Shown one piece after another: positions 60,641-64,000 of a stretch of 64,000 nt of DNA. How positions within the stretch are numbered: the first letter of the stretch is position 1; each line of letters opens with the position of its first letter. The DNA comes from Macrostomum hystrix (Eukaryota; Animalia; Platyhelminthes): the NCBI GenBank assembly GCA_950097015.1, contig CATNEN010000031.1, positions 1,426,001 through 1,490,000 on the forward strand, written 5' to 3'. The notes beneath the pieces are model-generated. The model searched no databases. It had not been told where the DNA came from and saw nothing but the letters and a program-made list of their open reading frames with translations. The position numbers and the translations under genes were made by a program.

Positions 60641-60989
60641 CTACTGATATTCGAGCTCAACTGTCGAATCTCGAATATGGGTAGACAATTTTAGTAAGAC
60701 AGTAGAGAAACATGTCATTTATTTAGTATAGTGGAATTTGACAGGATTTTAATAATTTATCAATAGGTCTTCAAAGAATGGAAATATTAATCTGCCAAAT
60801 ATGATATTTGCACTTCTTACTAGCTCATAGCTACCTTTACATGGCTTGAAGCCTTAATGCTGCTGCTTAAGACTAAAATTCTCATTATTCTTGTCTCTGC
60901 GTATAATATTTTGTTGCTGTAAAAGTACTTTAGATATTGTAATATAAGATTCGAGTAGCTAAAAGTACCAGAAAAAAAAATTGAGTGCC

Positions 60990-63900
60990 AGATACAGCAG
61001 TAGAGTTCCAGACAAAACCGTAGAGTGCTATAGACAAAGCTGCAGAGTGCTAGACAAAGCCGTAGAGTGCCAGACAAAGCCGTAGAGTGCTATAGACAAA
61101 GCCGTAGAGTGCTATAGACAAAGCTGTAGAGTGCCAGACAAAGCCGTAGAGTGCTAGACAAAGCCGTAGAGTGTCAGATATAAGGCTGTAGAGTGTCAGA
61201 TAAAGCCGTAGATGGTCAGTTATACTACTGTGGAGTGTTAGATAAAGCCGTAGATGGTCAGTTATACTACTGTGGAGTGTTAGATAAAGCTGTAGATAGT
61301 CAGTTATACTACTGTGGAGTGTTAGATAAAGCTGTAGATAGTCAGTTATACTACTGTGGAGTGTTAGATAAAGCTGTAGATGGTCAGTTATACTACTGTG
61401 GAGTGTTAGATAAAGCTGTAGATAGTCAGTTATACTACTGTGGAGTGTTAGATAAAGCTGTAGATAGTCAGTTATACTACTGTGGAGTGTTAGATAAAGC
61501 TGTAGATGGTCAGTTATACTACTGTGGAGTGTTAGATAAAGCCGTAGATGGCCAGTTATACTACTGTGGAGTGTTAGATAAAGCTGTAGATGGTCAGTTA
61601 TACTACTGTGGAGTGTTAGATAAAGCCGTAGATAGTCAGTTATACTACTGTGGAGTGTTAGATAAAGCTGTAGATGGTCAGTTATACTACTGTGGAGTGT
61701 TAGATAAAGCCGTAGATGGTCAGTTATACTACTGTGGAGTGTTAGATAAAGCTGTAGATGGTCAGTTATACTACTGTGGAGTGTTAGATAAAGCCGTAGA
61801 TGGTCAGTTATACTACTGTGGAGTGTTAGATAAAGCCGTAGATAGTCAGTTATACTACTGTGGAGTGTTAGATAAAGCTGTAGATGGTCAGTTATACTAC
61901 TGTGGAGTGTTAGATAAAGCTGTAGATAGTCAGTTATACTACTGTGGAGTGTTAGATAAAGCTGTAGATAGTCAGTTATACTACTGTGGAGTGTTAGATA
62001 AAGCTGTAGATGGTCAGTTATACTACTGTGGAGTGTTAGATAAAGCTGTAGATGGTCAGTTATACTACTGTGGAGTGTTAGATAAAGCTGTAGATAGTCA
62101 GTTATACTACTGTGGAGTGTTAGATAAAGCTGTAGATAGTCAGTTATACTACTGTGGAGTGTTAGATAAAGCTGTAGATGGTCAGTTATACTACTGTGGA
62201 GTGTTAGATAAAGCCGTAGATGGCCAGTTATACTACTGTGGAGTGTTAGATAAAGCTGTAGATGGTCAGTTATACTACTGTGGAGTGTTAGATAAAGCCG
62301 TAGATAGTCAGTTATACTACTGTGGAGTGTTAGATAAAGCTGTAGATGGTCAGTTATACTACTGTGGAGTGTTAGATAAAGCCGTAGATGGTCAGTTATA
62401 CTACTGTGGAGTGTTAGATAAAGCTGTAGATGGTCAGTTATACTACTGTGGAGTGTTAGATAAAGCCGTAGATGGTCAGTTATACTACTGTGGAGTGTTA
62501 GATAAAGCCGTAGATAGTCAGTTATACTACTGTGGAGTGTTAGATAAAGCTGTAGATGGTCAGTTATACTACTGTGGAGTGTTAGATAAAGCTGTAGATA
62601 GTCAGTTATACTACTGTGGAGTGTTAGATAAAGCTGTAGATAGTCAGTTATACTACTGTGGAGTGTTAGATAAAGCTGTAGATGGTCAGTTATACTACTG
62701 TGGAGTGTTAGATAAAGCCGTAGATAGTCAGTTATACTACTGTGGAGTGTTAGATAAAGCTGTAGATAGTCAGTTATACTACTGTGGAGTGTTAGATAAA
62801 GCTGTAGATAGTCAGTTATACTACTGTGGAGTGTTAGATAAAGCTGTAGATAGTCAGTTATACTACTGTGGAGTGTTAGATAAAGCTGTAGATAGTCAGT
62901 TATACTACTGTGGAGTGTTAGATAAAGCTGTAGATGGTCAGTTATACTACTGTGGAGTGTTAGATAAAGCCGTAGATAGTCAGTTATACTACTGTGGAGT
63001 GTTAGATAAAGCTGTAGATGGTCAGTTATACTACTGTGGAGTGTTAGATAAAGCTGTAGATAGTCAGTTATACTACTGTGAGGTGTTAGATAAAGCTGTA
63101 GATAGTCAGTTATACTACTGTGGAGTGTTAGATAAAGCTGTAGATAGTCAGTTATACTACTGTGGAGTGTTAGGTAAAGCCGTAGATGGTCAGTTATACT
63201 GCTGTGGAGTGTTAGATAAAGCTGTAGATGGTCAGTTATACTACTGTGGAGTGTTAGATAAAGCTGTAGATGGTCAGTTATACTACTGTGGAGTGTTAGA
63301 TAAAGCCGTAGATGGTCAGTTATACTACTATGGAGTGTTAGATAAAGCTGTAGATAGTCAGTTATACTACTGTGGAGTGTTAGATAAAGCTGTAGATGGT
63401 CAGTTATACTACTGTGGAGTGTTAGATAAAGCCGTAGATGGTCAGTTATACTACTGTGGAGTGTTAGATAAAGCTGTAGATAGTCAGTTATACTACTGTG
63501 GAGTGTTAGATAAAGCTGTAGATAGTCAGTTATACTACTGTGGAGTGTTAGATAAAGCTGTAGATGGCCAGTTATACTACTGTGGAGTGTTAGATAAAGC
63601 CGTAGATGGTCAGTTATACTACTGTGGAGTGTTAGATAAAGCTGTAGATGGTCAGTTATACTACTGTGGAGTGTTAGATAAAGCCGTAGATAGTCAGTTA
63701 TACTACTGTGGAGTGTTAGATAAAGCTGTAGATGGTCAGTTATACTACTGTGGAGTGTTAGATAAAGCTGTAGATAGTCAGTTATACTACTGTGAGGTGT
63801 TAGATAAAGCTGTAGATAGTCAGTTATACTACTGTGGAGTGTTAGATAAAGCCGTAGATAGTCAGTTATACTACTGTGGAGTGTTAGGTAAAGCCGTAGA

Positions 63901-64000
63901 TGGTCAGTTATACTGCTGTGGAGTGTTAGATAAAGCTGTAGATGGTCAGTTATACTACTGTGGAGTGTTAGATAAAGCTGTAGATGGTCAGTTATACTAC
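60990..64000. repeat. 20-22-bp degenerate units (60990-61207) grading into a 42-bp satellite (gtagatggtcagttatactactgtggagtgttagataaagct)n that runs off the window
   Basis: Period 42 (61208 to 61250). Confidence 0.97.

Noticed and set aside
249-64000. Regular repeats as possible CRISPR arrays
   Set aside because: The units are directly adjacent with no unique spacers, there are no cas genes, and the context is eukaryotic and intron-containing.

Overview
Eukaryotic (metazoan) genomic DNA with spliceosomal introns. The density of private 16-42 bp minisatellites and GC/CAG-rich coding exons suggests a free-living flatworm such as Macrostomum; this is an inference from architecture, not a database result. 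Three genes can be assembled by hand with phase-consistent splice sites. (1) A TRAK/Milton kinesin adaptor on the minus strand (5675 to <1, 5' exon unresolved). (2) A divergently oriented 18-exon, ~1,777-aa Piccolo/RIM-family active-zone scaffold on the plus strand (13312-41303: Rab-binding helix, Zn finger, Glu-rich tract, coiled coil, PDZ, C2A, C2B). (3) A 4-exon, ~453-aa unassigned gene with a C-terminal SUMO-like domain (57410-60640). A near-identical 10.9-kb tandem duplication (33966-44878 / 44879-55782) repeats the last five Piccolo-like exons and joins inside a minisatellite. Almost every intron longer than ~250 bp is filled by its own unrelated minisatellite. A tRNA-derived CORE-type SINE occurs three times, once interrupted by a hAT-Charlie-type MITE. 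Most long ORFs in the supplied track are translations of tandem repeats and are not genes. No rRNA, tRNA gene or CRISPR array is supported.
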